From contig CBDFFU010000003.1 in NCBI GenBank assembly GCA_965246875.1, positions 135,385-199,384 of the forward strand: a DNA stretch of 64,000 bases. Reading direction: 5' to 3'. Origin of the DNA: Alphaproteobacteria bacterium (GTDB lineage Bacteria > Pseudomonadota > Alphaproteobacteria > Micavibrionales > SZUA-601). Under the pieces are notes generated by a model that was not told the DNA's origin, did no database searches, and was given only the letters and a program-made list of their open reading frames with translations. The translations under genes and the position numbers were made by a program. This document shows positions 1-9,044 of this stretch, piece by piece; positions within the stretch are counted from its first letter, which is position 1; every line of letters starts with the position of its first letter.

Positions 1-32
1 TCAAACCTGATTGAGGCCGGTAATATAACGCC

Positions 33-587
33 ATGAACACAAACACCGTTATTGTTGAAGAAATCACCACATTATCGCGCAATGATCGGCATGATCTGTG
101 CGATGCAACGGATGCGGCCATCGATCTGGATGGCGGGTTTGGGTGGGTGACAAAACCAGCCCGTAATATTCTGGAACGCTACTGGGACGGTGTGCTGGCC
201 GTGCCGCAACGCCACCTGTTTGTGGGGCGTTATGACGGCATGATTGCCGGCACGGCGCAACTGGTCGAAGCGACCTGGAACAATCAGGCGCAAAGCCTGA
301 TTGGTGAGCTGACGACCTTTTTTGTCGCCCCTTGGGCGCGCGGCAAAGGGTTGGGCCAGATGCTGTTGACCAAACTGGAAGACACGGCGCGTGCCCGCGG
401 CCTCTGTGTTATTTCACTCAATGTGCGCGAAACGCAATTTGGTGCGATCGAACTGTTTAAGAAAAACGGTTACACGCATTTCGGCACACATCCGCTGTAT
501 GCCCATGTGCGCGGCGATGTCGTGCCGGGCCATTATTTTTGCAAGCAAATTCAGGATTGGCCAGCAGTTGAAGGAGACACCCCATGA
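33..587 (+). CDS. GNAT family N-acetyltransferase
   Basis: 184-aa ORF with an acetyl-CoA binding-type segment (FFVAPWARGKGLGQMLL). Its stop overlaps the next gene start (ATGA). Confidence 0.8.
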   Translation: MNTNTVIVEEITTLSRNDRHDLCDATDAAIDLDGGFGWVTKPARNILERYWDGVLAVPQRHLFVGRYDGMIAGTAQLVEATWNNQAQSLIGELTTFFVAPWARGKGLGQMLLTKLEDTARARGLCVISLNVRETQFGAIELFKKNGYTHFGTHPLYAHVRGDVVPGHYFCKQIQDWPAVEGDTP

Positions 588-940
588 GTTATGACGATCA
601 GAACATTTTCGCCAAAATCTTGCGCGGCGAGATCCCGAACAAGACGGTGTATGAAGACGAGCATGTGTTGGCGTTTCACGACATTCACCCGCGCAAAAAA
701 GTGCATGTGGTAATCATTCCCAAAGGCCCGTATCAGAATGTGAACGATTTTTCACAAACAGCGACCGATGCGGAAATTGTGGCTTTGTGGCGTGCCGTGC
801 CGAAAATCGCCGAGATTTTAGGCTTAAGCACAGATGGTTATCGCCTCATCACCAACTGCGGCACCCACGGCCAACAGGACGTCCCGCATCTGCATTTTCA
901 CCTGCTGGGCGGGGAAATGGTGGGGCGATTGGTGGAGTGA
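584..940 (+). CDS. HIT (histidine triad) family nucleotide hydrolase
   Basis: 118 aa with the C-terminal histidine triad HLHFHLLGG and a typical N-terminus (IFAKILRGEIP). Confidence 0.88.
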   Translation: MSYDDQNIFAKILRGEIPNKTVYEDEHVLAFHDIHPRKKVHVVIIPKGPYQNVNDFSQTATDAEIVALWRAVPKIAEILGLSTDGYRLITNCGTHGQQDVPHLHFHLLGGEMVGRLVE

Positions 941-941
941 T

Positions 942-1556
942 TTATAAATCCCAGCAACTTCGCAAGACAATATCCAACTCATCCATCGTCGCACTCAATC
1001 CCAATGCCTGCAACGATGTCACACCGGCATCCGCAATCCCGCACGGCACAATACCGTCAAAATGCGACAGATCCGGATTCACGTTGATGCTGATGCCGTG
1101 ATAGGTGATGCCGTGGCGCACCCGCACGCCGATGGCGGCGATTTTTTTGAAGTTCTCTGTCGGGCCGAAATCATCGACCCAAATGCCAACCCGTCCCGCA
1201 GTGCGCTGGCCGGTGACGCCAAATTCAGCCAGAGATTGAATAATCCATTCTTCCAGCGTCCAGATATAGCGGCGGATATCATTGCCGCGTGTTTTGAGGT
1301 CGACCATGACATACGCCACGCGCTGGCCCGGCCCGTGATACGTGTATTGCCCGCCCCGGCCGGTATCGAACACCGGAAAGCGTGGCTGTAATAAATCGGC
1401 TGGTTTGGCACTAGTGCCGCCCGTATAAAGCGGCGGATGTTCCAGCAGCCAAATCTGCTCATCGGCTGTCCCGGCGTGAATCGCGGCCACACGGGCCTCC
1501 ATAGCCGCCAGTGCCTCAGGATAATCAACAGGTTTTGGGGAAATCAGCCAGTCCAT
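942..1556 (-). CDS. lipB: lipoyl(octanoyl) transferase
   Basis: 204 aa with a LipB-like N-terminus ([14 protein letters not shown]...[15 protein letters not shown]) and the HGISINV segment. Confidence 0.9.
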   Translation of the reverse strand: MDWLISPKPVDYPEALAAMEARVAAIHAGTADEQIWLLEHPPLYTGGTSAKPADLLQPRFPVFDTGRGGQYTYHGPGQRVAYVMVDLKTRGNDIRRYIWTLEEWIIQSLAEFGVTGQRTAGRVGIWVDDFGPTENFKKIAAIGVRVRHGITYHGISINVNPDLSHFDGIVPCGIADAGVTSLQALGLSATMDELDIVLRSCWDL

Positions 1557-1622
1557 TCCATGATTTTAACCCCTTTTGACAGATTGAACCAGTCTGTTAT
1601 AACGTCCTTTCTCTACCCAAGT

Positions 1623-1708
1623 GCGGCCGTGGCGGAATGGTAGACGCGCAGCGTTGAGGTCGCTGTGGGGGCAACCCCGTGGAAGTTCGACTCTTCTCGG
1701 CCGCACCA
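1623..1708 (+). tRNA. tRNA-Leu (anticodon GAG), CCA encoded
   Basis: Acceptor stem gcggccg/cggccgc, anticodon loop ttGAGgt, long variable arm, T arm ggaag-ttcgact-cttct, terminal acca. Confidence 0.9.
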
Positions 1709-1734
1709 TATATCAAGATATCAAGGATCGTTTT

Positions 1735-2674
1735 ATGCGTTTGACCTTGGTCTTATTAATCCTGTTTTTGTGTCATAGCACTTTGCATGACGTCTATCGC
1801 ATTAACTGCAGCACTTGAAACGCAACTGCAAACTATCATCAAAACCTTTTTATGGCCGGGTCGGCATCTGTATTCAGGATGCAACGCATCTGACATGCGT
1901 CAATGGCGATCAACGCATTTCCATGCAAAGTGTTGTGAAACCGATGACCAGCATGGCGGTATGGATGCCGCTGACCGGCAAAACTTACAATTGACGACCC
2001 TGTTCTCATTCGTAAACAGGATTTGACACTGGGTGTGCAGCTCATTGCCAAGGAGGTGACCGAAACAGGTTTCCGCACCACCATCGGTGATCTCATCCGG
2101 CGCCACGATTATTCAAAGCGATACGACGGCCAATGATGTCTTAATGGATAAACTCGGCGGGCCAAAGGCTGTACAGAGTTTTCTCGTCCGCAAACAAGCA
2201 TCATAGGCATAAGGCTGGCAAGCGGAATTTTCTGATCCTGATAAATTGCAAACGGCCATTAGTGCAATTTCCGCCGCTACACGCGACACCGCCTATCAGC
2301 ACTATCTGACTGACCCGCGTGATACGACGACGCCACGCGGCATGGCAAATTTACTATATGCCTTTAATCAACGTGAATTGTTATCATCTGCGTCGACCGG
2401 TTATATCCTCAATGCCTTGCGTGCTTGCCAAACATTCCCAAACCGATTAAAAGCCGGCTTGCGGGATGGCTGGTCGATCGCACATAAAACCGGCACCAGC
2501 AGCACGCATAATGGCATGACCGCTGCAACCAATGATGTCGGTATTTTGACATCACCCACCGGCAAACAGATCATCATCGTCGTTTTTATTGCCGACTCAG
2601 CCGCCAGTGATAGAGACCGCGCTGCGCTGACGGCCAAACTGTCACGCGCCACGATCGATTATTATTCCCGGTAA
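1735..2674 (+). pseudogene. class A beta-lactamase, multiply frameshifted
   Basis: The signal peptide (MRLTLVLLILFLC), the SxxK segment (GDQRISMQSVVKPM) and the SDN-like segment (IIQSDTTANDVLMDKLGG) lie in different frames separated by stops. The KTG segment (AHKTGT) lies in the intact 3' ORF 2246..2674, which begins just after a stop. Confidence 0.78.
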
Positions 2675-2679
2675 AAATC

Positions 2680-4200
2680 TTACACCTTCATCCGCGACAC
2701 CAACCGTGCGCCCAATGCTTCAAAACTGGCCGCATTGATGTGATGGGTGTCGAGATTGACAGCGATATCGCCGGTTTCAACATAATTTGTATAGGCACTG
2801 TACGGCAACGTCATGGCAGTCGTGAGGCCGGCCTGTTGCACAGCGGCTGTTCCAACTTGTGTCGGGCTTTGCTGGATTTGTACGATGTAGAACGGAATTT
2901 GCGCGATGCCGTAAATGCTGTTCACGTCGGTAATAAATTGCTGCAGCCGCGCCGCATACAAACCGGCATCGGTTGTATTTTGTGCGTCAGATTCACCCTG
3001 GTACCAGATAAACGCTGTGGGCTTGCACACCGATCCGCTATCTTCGATCGACCAGACGGCGCGTTGAATCGCGTCTTTCAAATTGATAAAGTTGCTGTTG
3101 GCGGTCACCCATTGATACAAATAGGTGCCATCGGCCGCTGATTTGACGATATAGAGCGGCTGGCCTTTCGCGGTGACGAAATTCTTCGCCAGACTCATTT
3201 CAACGCCAAGCTTGGTGTTATCAAACGCGTCGTTATTTGTGCCGGCTACCAGGGTTGGCCAGGTCAGGCCAGCGGAATTCCAGATATAGGCGTTGGCAAT
3301 CGTCGCGCCGCCGCTGACATAGGTTGTGTCGCTGATCACACCGCGGCCTTTGGCGTTGCTTTGGCCGGAAATGACGGCCAGATATTTGGGCACTGGCAAT
3401 GACAATGTGATGGCTTCATCTTTGGCCCAGGCGCGCAGGATGCGCTGCTCCTCCTCCGGGCGCAGACGCCGGCTGAAAATCGCGATTTTTTTTAATATAA
3501 ACTTGGCTTTCGCCGTGCCGCTGGCCAGCTTGCTGATAAACAATTTATCCGTACTGTTTCCGGTATTAAAAGTCGTCAGTGCATTGGTGCTGACATCCGT
3601 CACGCCCTTGTTGCGCGTGATCAGATCCGGTACACTGCCGGCCTTGCTTTCGATATGCACCGAAAAAATTTGCGTGACATCTTTTTGCAACGAATTTGCT
3701 GCACCGCTGTTCACAAACGTCTGGCTGGCGCCGTTGCGTGTGACAACATTCAAATTCTGATTGGTGTTCTGGTAAAATAAATTCGTGCCGATGCCGGTCG
3801 ACGCTTCGGAACTGGTCGAGAGCAACGTGCCGGTCGCCACAAAATCACCGTTCACTTTCACCATCATTAAAATGGTGCAGCCGGTGCCGTTATGCAGGAA
3901 ATTCCAGTCACCCACACTGCCCGCCACCATCTGGTCCAGCGCGCTCGACAAAAACTGAATGCCTTTTTCAGCTGCGCTATAAACCGGATAAATCAAATCA
4001 TTGCCGGAACCGGTTTTGGTCAGATGACGGTTTTTGCCGGACAGGTCATTGAGCTGTTGCACATTGCTGCCCGATGCATAGGTGATAGTATTGGCGCGCG
4101 CGGCATCAACCCAGAATTCGCAACTCGGAATCGCTGCCAGATTGAGGCGTCGCTGTTTCCCGCGGCCATTGCCGACGCCATTTCCGATTCCGGCCAACAT
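2680..4200 (-). CDS. LamG/ConA-like lectin domain fused to a SASA/SGNH-type carbohydrate esterase domain; no signal peptide
   Basis: 506 aa. The N-terminal half has a LamG-like pattern (NDLSGKNRHLTKTGSGN). The C-terminal half has sialate-O-acetylesterase-type motifs (ISGQSNAKGRG ... IWYQGESDAQ). Confidence 0.7.
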   Translation of the reverse strand: MLAGIGNGVGNGRGKQRRLNLAAIPSCEFWVDAARANTITYASGSNVQQLNDLSGKNRHLTKTGSGNDLIYPVYSAAEKGIQFLSSALDQMVAGSVGDWNFLHNGTGCTILMMVKVNGDFVATGTLLSTSSEASTGIGTNLFYQNTNQNLNVVTRNGASQTFVNSGAANSLQKDVTQIFSVHIESKAGSVPDLITRNKGVTDVSTNALTTFNTGNSTDKLFISKLASGTAKAKFILKKIAIFSRRLRPEEEQRILRAWAKDEAITLSLPVPKYLAVISGQSNAKGRGVISDTTYVSGGATIANAYIWNSAGLTWPTLVAGTNNDAFDNTKLGVEMSLAKNFVTAKGQPLYIVKSAADGTYLYQWVTANSNFINLKDAIQRAVWSIEDSGSVCKPTAFIWYQGESDAQNTTDAGLYAARLQQFITDVNSIYGIAQIPFYIVQIQQSPTQVGTAAVQQAGLTTAMTLPYSAYTNYVETGDIAVNLDTHHINAASFEALGARLVSRMKV

Positions 4201-4538
4201 CAGAATTTCTCCGAAACATAGACCGTGCCATCCGAGCTGGCGCGGATAAAGGCCATGTAACCGTATTGCGGCGTTCGGCCACCGCCAATAGCGATGTCCA
4301 GATAGGTCTCGGCCGGCAGATAATGATCGGACGTCGTCGCCGTCACGGTGCCATCGCCCAGCCGCGTAAACATGGGCGCAGTGGCATAGACAGAGATCAC
4401 ACGCGTTTCGGCGTTAAAGCTTGTGGTATTCCGGGCGGACGTTGCAGTCACAGTAACGGTTTGTGCAGCACCAGGCCTTAAACGCAGGGCAGGAATAGCA
4501 CGATCATCCGCATCACGCGGCAAAAGGGTCACAGTCAT
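4200..4538 (-). CDS. small beta-rich hypothetical protein (phage-structural-like), translationally coupled to the downstream esterase
   Basis: 112-aa ORF whose stop overlaps the next start (TGATG). Thr/Val/Ala-rich with no recognisable enzyme motif. Confidence 0.5.
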   Translation of the reverse strand: MTVTLLPRDADDRAIPALRLRPGAAQTVTVTATSARNTTSFNAETRVISVYATAPMFTRLGDGTVTATTSDHYLPAETYLDIAIGGGRTPQYGYMAFIRASSDGTVYVSEKF

Positions 4539-4807
4539 AAAAACTCCTCGATAGATAGGATTACAATCCCTTTATAGGATTATATTCTTATATTGTCAAG
4601 CGGAAATCATGATTTTTAACCGAAACTGCTTCGCTACCATAATTTTTCGATACAGACAAATGCATCATCCAGCTAAACGGTTCATTTCATTACAGGAAGA
4701 TGCTCTAGCGACGCTTGTCATCTGTTTCGGCTGGCAGTATACAGGTCATAGGCCATTCGCGCCCCCTTATATGATATCTGTATTTAGACTTTCAAGGAGA
4801 CACTCAG

Positions 4808-5695
4808 ATGATCCGTCGTTTCTTGCCAGCTGGCGCATTCGCTATGCTTGCCGCCGCCGCTTTGGTCACCGGCTGTTCGACCGCTATGCGCACCAGCGAA
4901 CATGCCACCGACCGCGTGACATCCTATGTGTCGCCACGTTTGACACCCGCGCGCGCTTTCAGCGAAACGCTGGCTAATCAGTATAATTGGTATGCAAAAT
5001 TTGAAACTGAACCACTCTATGATAAAGGCGACATGGCCTATTATCATGGCAAAGCCAATCGCGCCTTGGCGGGTGTCGATGTGCAACCGGAAGATCCGGC
5101 CAACTGGAATGTGGCAACGCCTGAGCTGACAAATGCGTACGACATGCTGCAAATCGCCTTGGTGCCGGATCGCAAAAAAGTCACCAAACCGGTTGCCGCC
5201 GCCCAGGCCCAGTCGGCCTTTGATTGCTGGGTTGAACAGACACAGGAAAAATGGATCCCAACCAAGCAAGGCCTGAACTGCCGCGCACGTTTCTATGAAG
5301 CGTTCTGCCGCATGTATGGTGGTGCCTGCTCCGGCACCCGCATCGACGCCACAAACGTGGCGCGCATGGACCGCATTTACCGCGTGTTTTTTGCGACGAA
5401 CAGCGTTGCATTGAATGCCCAGGCCAAACAATCCATCAACTTGGCTGTTGCCGCCTACAAGAACGGTGCCACCGAAGTCCTGGTGGCCGGTCACGCCGAC
5501 CGGGTTGGTAAATCAGACGCCAATGCGCGGTTGTCCGAGCGTCGCTCACGCGCTGTAGCCCGTGCTCTTGAAGCCAAAGGCATTCCAGCCCGCGCCGTTA
5601 AGCTGAAAGCCTTCGGCGAAGCACAACCCTTGGTGCCAACCAAAGACGACGTGCCAAACCAGAGTAACCGTCGCGCGTTGATCGTCGTCCGCTAA
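4808..5695 (+). CDS. OmpA-family lipoprotein (C-terminal peptidoglycan-binding OmpA-like domain)
   Basis: Lipobox LVTGCS after a signal peptide. C-terminal segment VAGHADRVGKSDANARLSERRSRAVARAL...NRRALIVV. Good RBS (aaggag). Confidence 0.87.
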   Translation: MIRRFLPAGAFAMLAAAALVTGCSTAMRTSEHATDRVTSYVSPRLTPARAFSETLANQYNWYAKFETEPLYDKGDMAYYHGKANRALAGVDVQPEDPANWNVATPELTNAYDMLQIALVPDRKKVTKPVAAAQAQSAFDCWVEQTQEKWIPTKQGLNCRARFYEAFCRMYGGACSGTRIDATNVARMDRIYRVFFATNSVALNAQAKQSINLAVAAYKNGATEVLVAGHADRVGKSDANARLSERRSRAVARALEAKGIPARAVKLKAFGEAQPLVPTKDDVPNQSNRRALIVVR

Positions 5696-5718
5696 AACCT
5701 CGCAACTATTCGAATCCA

Positions 5719-5747
5719 AAAGCCCGCCTAATTAGCGGGCTTTTTTC
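5719..5747 (+). terminator. rho-independent terminator after the ompA-like gene
   Basis: Hairpin agcccgc-ctaatta-gcgggct followed by tttttt. Confidence 0.75.
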
Positions 5748-5830
5748 ATGTCTTCTTAACCGTAAAAATCTTGACGTTACGACTGATCTATATTAATATA
5801 TGACAAATAATTAGAGTTGGGTTTTATACC

Positions 5831-6811
5831 ATGTTGCCTTCTGTTCATATTATTATGCCTGTGTACGACACGGGTGAACGAATTAGAGACACGCTGAAAT
5901 CGCTCAAAAATCAAACCTATCCAAATTGGACTGTTTTAATTCACGATGACGGGTCGACCGATGCTGAGAGCCTGATAATTTTAGAAAAGGCAGTCGCTGA
6001 TAACGATCTTCAGGATCGTGTCATTTTGACGAAAAGCCCAAAAAACGAAGGCAACTCCATGGCGCGCACCCGGCTGATCAATCAGTCGCTGCAGCTTGAC
6101 CCGGACGCTTGGTTCTTATTTGTCGATGGCGATGGTGACACCATTGATCCCCCGCATATTGCCAAGGGTGTTGCGCAAATGCAAAGCGCTGACGCCGATA
6201 TCTGTTTGCTCAATGGCGTTGCCCATGCTTCTGTTCCGGCTCTGGCAGGGAAAGCCCGTGAATTAAACGTTGAACTGACCCAGTCTGGACACATCGCCGA
6301 CAGCATTTACGCGACACCGGGTCAGCGCGTGACCGTTGAAACCTGCCCGCACTTGGCAAAATTCTCGTATCTCAACGTCATGAAATTATATAATGGCAAG
6401 GTCAAACAAAACTGGGTGACACCCGACCCTGATCACCGGACACCGGATATTGGTTATATGGCCGCTTTGCTGGACCCCAATCATGTCGTCACCGCATTGC
6501 CATCGACAGACACAACCTATCATTATGTTTTGCAACCAGATTCCGTGTCACAATATTTAAAAAAATCTGCTGAAAGCTATCGCAAATCAGCGAAAGCTTT
6601 TATCGCGCAATCCAAAGTTATGTTGGAGAATTTGAAGCTGAGCAATCCGTTCGTCCGTCGTGCCGCCAACATATTTCTGGAGCATCACGGCGGAAACCGC
6701 TTCAAACAATTTGCAGAGGCTGGCCGTGAACTCACCCGTCCAATAGCCGATGAATTATCACAAGATATAACATTGCTCAAAAACAGATATCTGGAACCGG
6801 TTGCTGCTTAA
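5831..6811 (+). CDS. family 2 glycosyltransferase
   Basis: N-terminus IIMPVYDTGERIRDTLKSLKNQTYPNWTVLIHDDGSTD is a typical GT-A/GT2 signature. Confidence 0.8.
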   Translation: MLPSVHIIMPVYDTGERIRDTLKSLKNQTYPNWTVLIHDDGSTDAESLIILEKAVADNDLQDRVILTKSPKNEGNSMARTRLINQSLQLDPDAWFLFVDGDGDTIDPPHIAKGVAQMQSADADICLLNGVAHASVPALAGKARELNVELTQSGHIADSIYATPGQRVTVETCPHLAKFSYLNVMKLYNGKVKQNWVTPDPDHRTPDIGYMAALLDPNHVVTALPSTDTTYHYVLQPDSVSQYLKKSAESYRKSAKAFIAQSKVMLENLKLSNPFVRRAANIFLEHHGGNRFKQFAEAGRELTRPIADELSQDITLLKNRYLEPVAA

Positions 6812-6906
6812 AACGGCCGAAAACATGATAAATCCTTGACCTCCGCTACGATTCTTGCTAAGAATCGCCGACACAAACATTATCAAGACTCTTGAAAGTA
6901 TCCGCC

Positions 6907-7026
6907 ATGAAAGTCCGTTCCTCTATTAAAACATTGAAAAAAGACGGTATTGTTGTTCGTCGTCGTGGCCGGACCTATGTGGTCAACAAAAAGAACCCAC
7001 GCAAAAAGACACGTCAGGGCTTTTAA
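6907..7026 (+). CDS. rpmJ: 50S ribosomal protein L36
   Basis: A 39-codon ORF that is too short for the supplied track. It translates as [39 protein letters not shown]. Confidence 0.9.
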   Translation: MKVRSSIKTLKKDGIVVRRRGRTYVVNKKNPRKKTRQGF

Positions 7027-7066
7027 TTTCCTGAATAACGCGATTTTCGCACTTAAGTTTGTTATT

Positions 7067-7432
7067 TTAAACATTGGGCTGTGGAAACAGCCCATTTGTA
7101 TAGGTGGCGTCTAACGCCCCGTCCTGTACCAGCAAGGCCAACCGGTTTTCTTTTTCGTATAGCATCGGCGTTGCCAAGATTGCGGCACAGGCTGGACAGA
7201 TTAAAGCCTGCATCTCTTCACATGTCCTGTAAGATTGCATCTGCATAATCAAATCTTCAGGTGCCAAAAACCGGTTACAATAAACGCGTAACAATGGCCC
7301 ATCCGGTAGGTCTTTTTGATACAACGCAACGACTTGCTGACAGGCCTGACAGCTCAGCTGTAAAAATCCAACCGTGCCGCCGCGGGAAGTCGTATAATAA
7401 TCGCTTTTAAAATGGTACTGGACGGGTTGCAT
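7067..7432 (-). CDS. hypothetical protein with two CxxC pairs (possible zinc ribbon)
   Basis: 121-aa ORF with CQAC and CPAC pairs. No family recognised. Confidence 0.5.
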   Translation of the reverse strand: MQPVQYHFKSDYYTTSRGGTVGFLQLSCQACQQVVALYQKDLPDGPLLRVYCNRFLAPEDLIMQMQSYRTCEEMQALICPACAAILATPMLYEKENRLALLVQDGALDATYTNGLFPQPNV

Positions 7433-7488
7433 CTCAAATTTTTAAACCATGGACAGTTATTTACAGATCAAGTTATCAATCATAGAAA

Positions 7489-8502
7489 TTATCGGTGTGT
7501 CGCCATTTCAAGGGCTAGATGCCTGACCAGTAACTCGTCCGGCGCGCCGGTTTGTTTGCAGGCGGCTTCGACGCGTAGCAGTTCCGCCAGCCAGTGATCG
7601 ACCGCATCCGAGGCAAACCGCTGAACATGGCCCATGAATTGCTGCTTCTGTTTAAAAAACACCGGTGGCTTGAGCGACAGCATGGCTTGTTCCGGGTTGG
7701 CCCCGTCACGCAAGGCGGTTTGCACTGTTTTCAACCGGTACAGGTAATTTTGCAAAATCCGTAACAACCCGACCGAACTTTCGCCCGATGCATAGTAATG
7801 ATGCAGATGCCGTTGCAGCGGCGCAATCTGGCCGCCCATAATGTCCTGGATCAAGTCATCGGTCGTCGCATCCGTTTGATCGACACAGCAGGCGCGTACC
7901 ATCTCTGCCGTAATCACGGCGGGACTCGCTCCCGCGTAATCAATCAGTTTGGCAAGTGTTAGTGGAATAAGCTCAGCCTGTGTCCCCAGCAATTGCACCA
8001 GCATCTCAGACGCATCACGCTCCAGTCGCGCATGCTGTGCGGTGGCTGCTGCTTGCAGCAACCGTCCCATATCGCGGAGATCGTAATCGTAACACGGCAG
8101 GCAGGCGATTTGTTTGTGTTTTTCAGCCCAGACGCGTAGGGCCGCCCGTGCGCCAAGTTCACCGCCCAGAACAAGGAGATAGTGTTCGCCTGTTGCAATC
8201 GACAAGGCATCTGTCAGCGGTGTCAGATGCCGGTCATCTGCATCTTTAAAAATGATAATCTTACGTCCACCGAAAAAACTGAGCGTGGCCAGTTCATCAG
8301 CAATCGCGCTGCTGGTTTGCTTGACTTGGTCTGGTGTAATCGTCACCAGATTAAAACCGTCATCGCCCTGCGGCAAAAGTTTTTTGACGATGGCTTGCGT
8401 GCGCTGCTCGATCAACGAACCATTCGGCCCATACAGCAACACGGCGCGCGTTTGGTCAGGCGTCGCCAGAAACTTATCGATATCGGCATAACCGAGTTTC
8501 AC
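7489..8502 (-). CDS. holA: DNA polymerase III delta subunit
   Basis: 337 aa. It occupies the last position of the conserved leuS-lptE-holA operon and has a delta-like N-terminus (VLLYGPNGSLI). Confidence 0.85.
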   Translation of the reverse strand: MKLGYADIDKFLATPDQTRAVLLYGPNGSLIEQRTQAIVKKLLPQGDDGFNLVTITPDQVKQTSSAIADELATLSFFGGRKIIIFKDADDRHLTPLTDALSIATGEHYLLVLGGELGARAALRVWAEKHKQIACLPCYDYDLRDMGRLLQAAATAQHARLERDASEMLVQLLGTQAELIPLTLAKLIDYAGASPAVITAEMVRACCVDQTDATTDDLIQDIMGGQIAPLQRHLHHYYASGESSVGLLRILQNYLYRLKTVQTALRDGANPEQAMLSLKPPVFFKQKQQFMGHVQRFASDAVDHWLAELLRVEAACKQTGAPDELLVRHLALEMATHR

Positions 8503-9044
8503 AGCTGTGTTGCTGTGACAGTTGGCGTGACAGGCGTCATCCGGGTTTCCGGACTCGACAAAACCAAGGCGGTGCGCGTTTGAATCTTGTCCGCCAGATC
8601 TTTCAATGCACGGTCTTTAGCATCGTTTTGACTGACAAGTGTTGTATATTGGCTGAGCAAAATATTATAGCCAGCCACTGCCCGCGCTTGCCCCGTATCA
8701 ATCACGCTTTCGGTGGCGCGATCCCGAATTTCATAGGTTGCCAGCACGACGAATTGCGCGCGCGTTGTTGTGTCGTTTTTCTGGATGTCAACATCGCGCG
8801 TATATTCGCCAAGCGTGACAGTCAGTGTGTAACGCGCCGTTTCCGGGTAGCCATGCCGGTAAAAACCATCCAGCAGATAATTGCGCAAAATCACGCCACT
8901 CGACCCCTGGATCGTGCTGATCCACACCTGATCCAGCAAATTGCGGCCATCGCTGGTTGGCGTCGGCGCATACAGCGGGCGGAAGCCGCAGGCTGTCACG
9001 CTCAATACGGCTATTAGCACAACAAGGCGAAAAAACAATTTCAT
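8499..9044 (-). CDS. lptE: LPS-assembly lipoprotein LptE
   Basis: The start at MKLFFRLVVLIAVLSVTACG carries a lipobox. Its ATG overlaps the leuS stop (ATGA), and the gene lies between leuS and holA. Confidence 0.8.
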   Translation of the reverse strand: MKLFFRLVVLIAVLSVTACGFRPLYAPTPTSDGRNLLDQVWISTIQGSSGVILRNYLLDGFYRHGYPETARYTLTVTLGEYTRDVDIQKNDTTTRAQFVVLATYEIRDRATESVIDTGQARAVAGYNILLSQYTTLVSQNDAKDRALKDLADKIQTRTALVLSSPETRMTPVTPTVTATQL

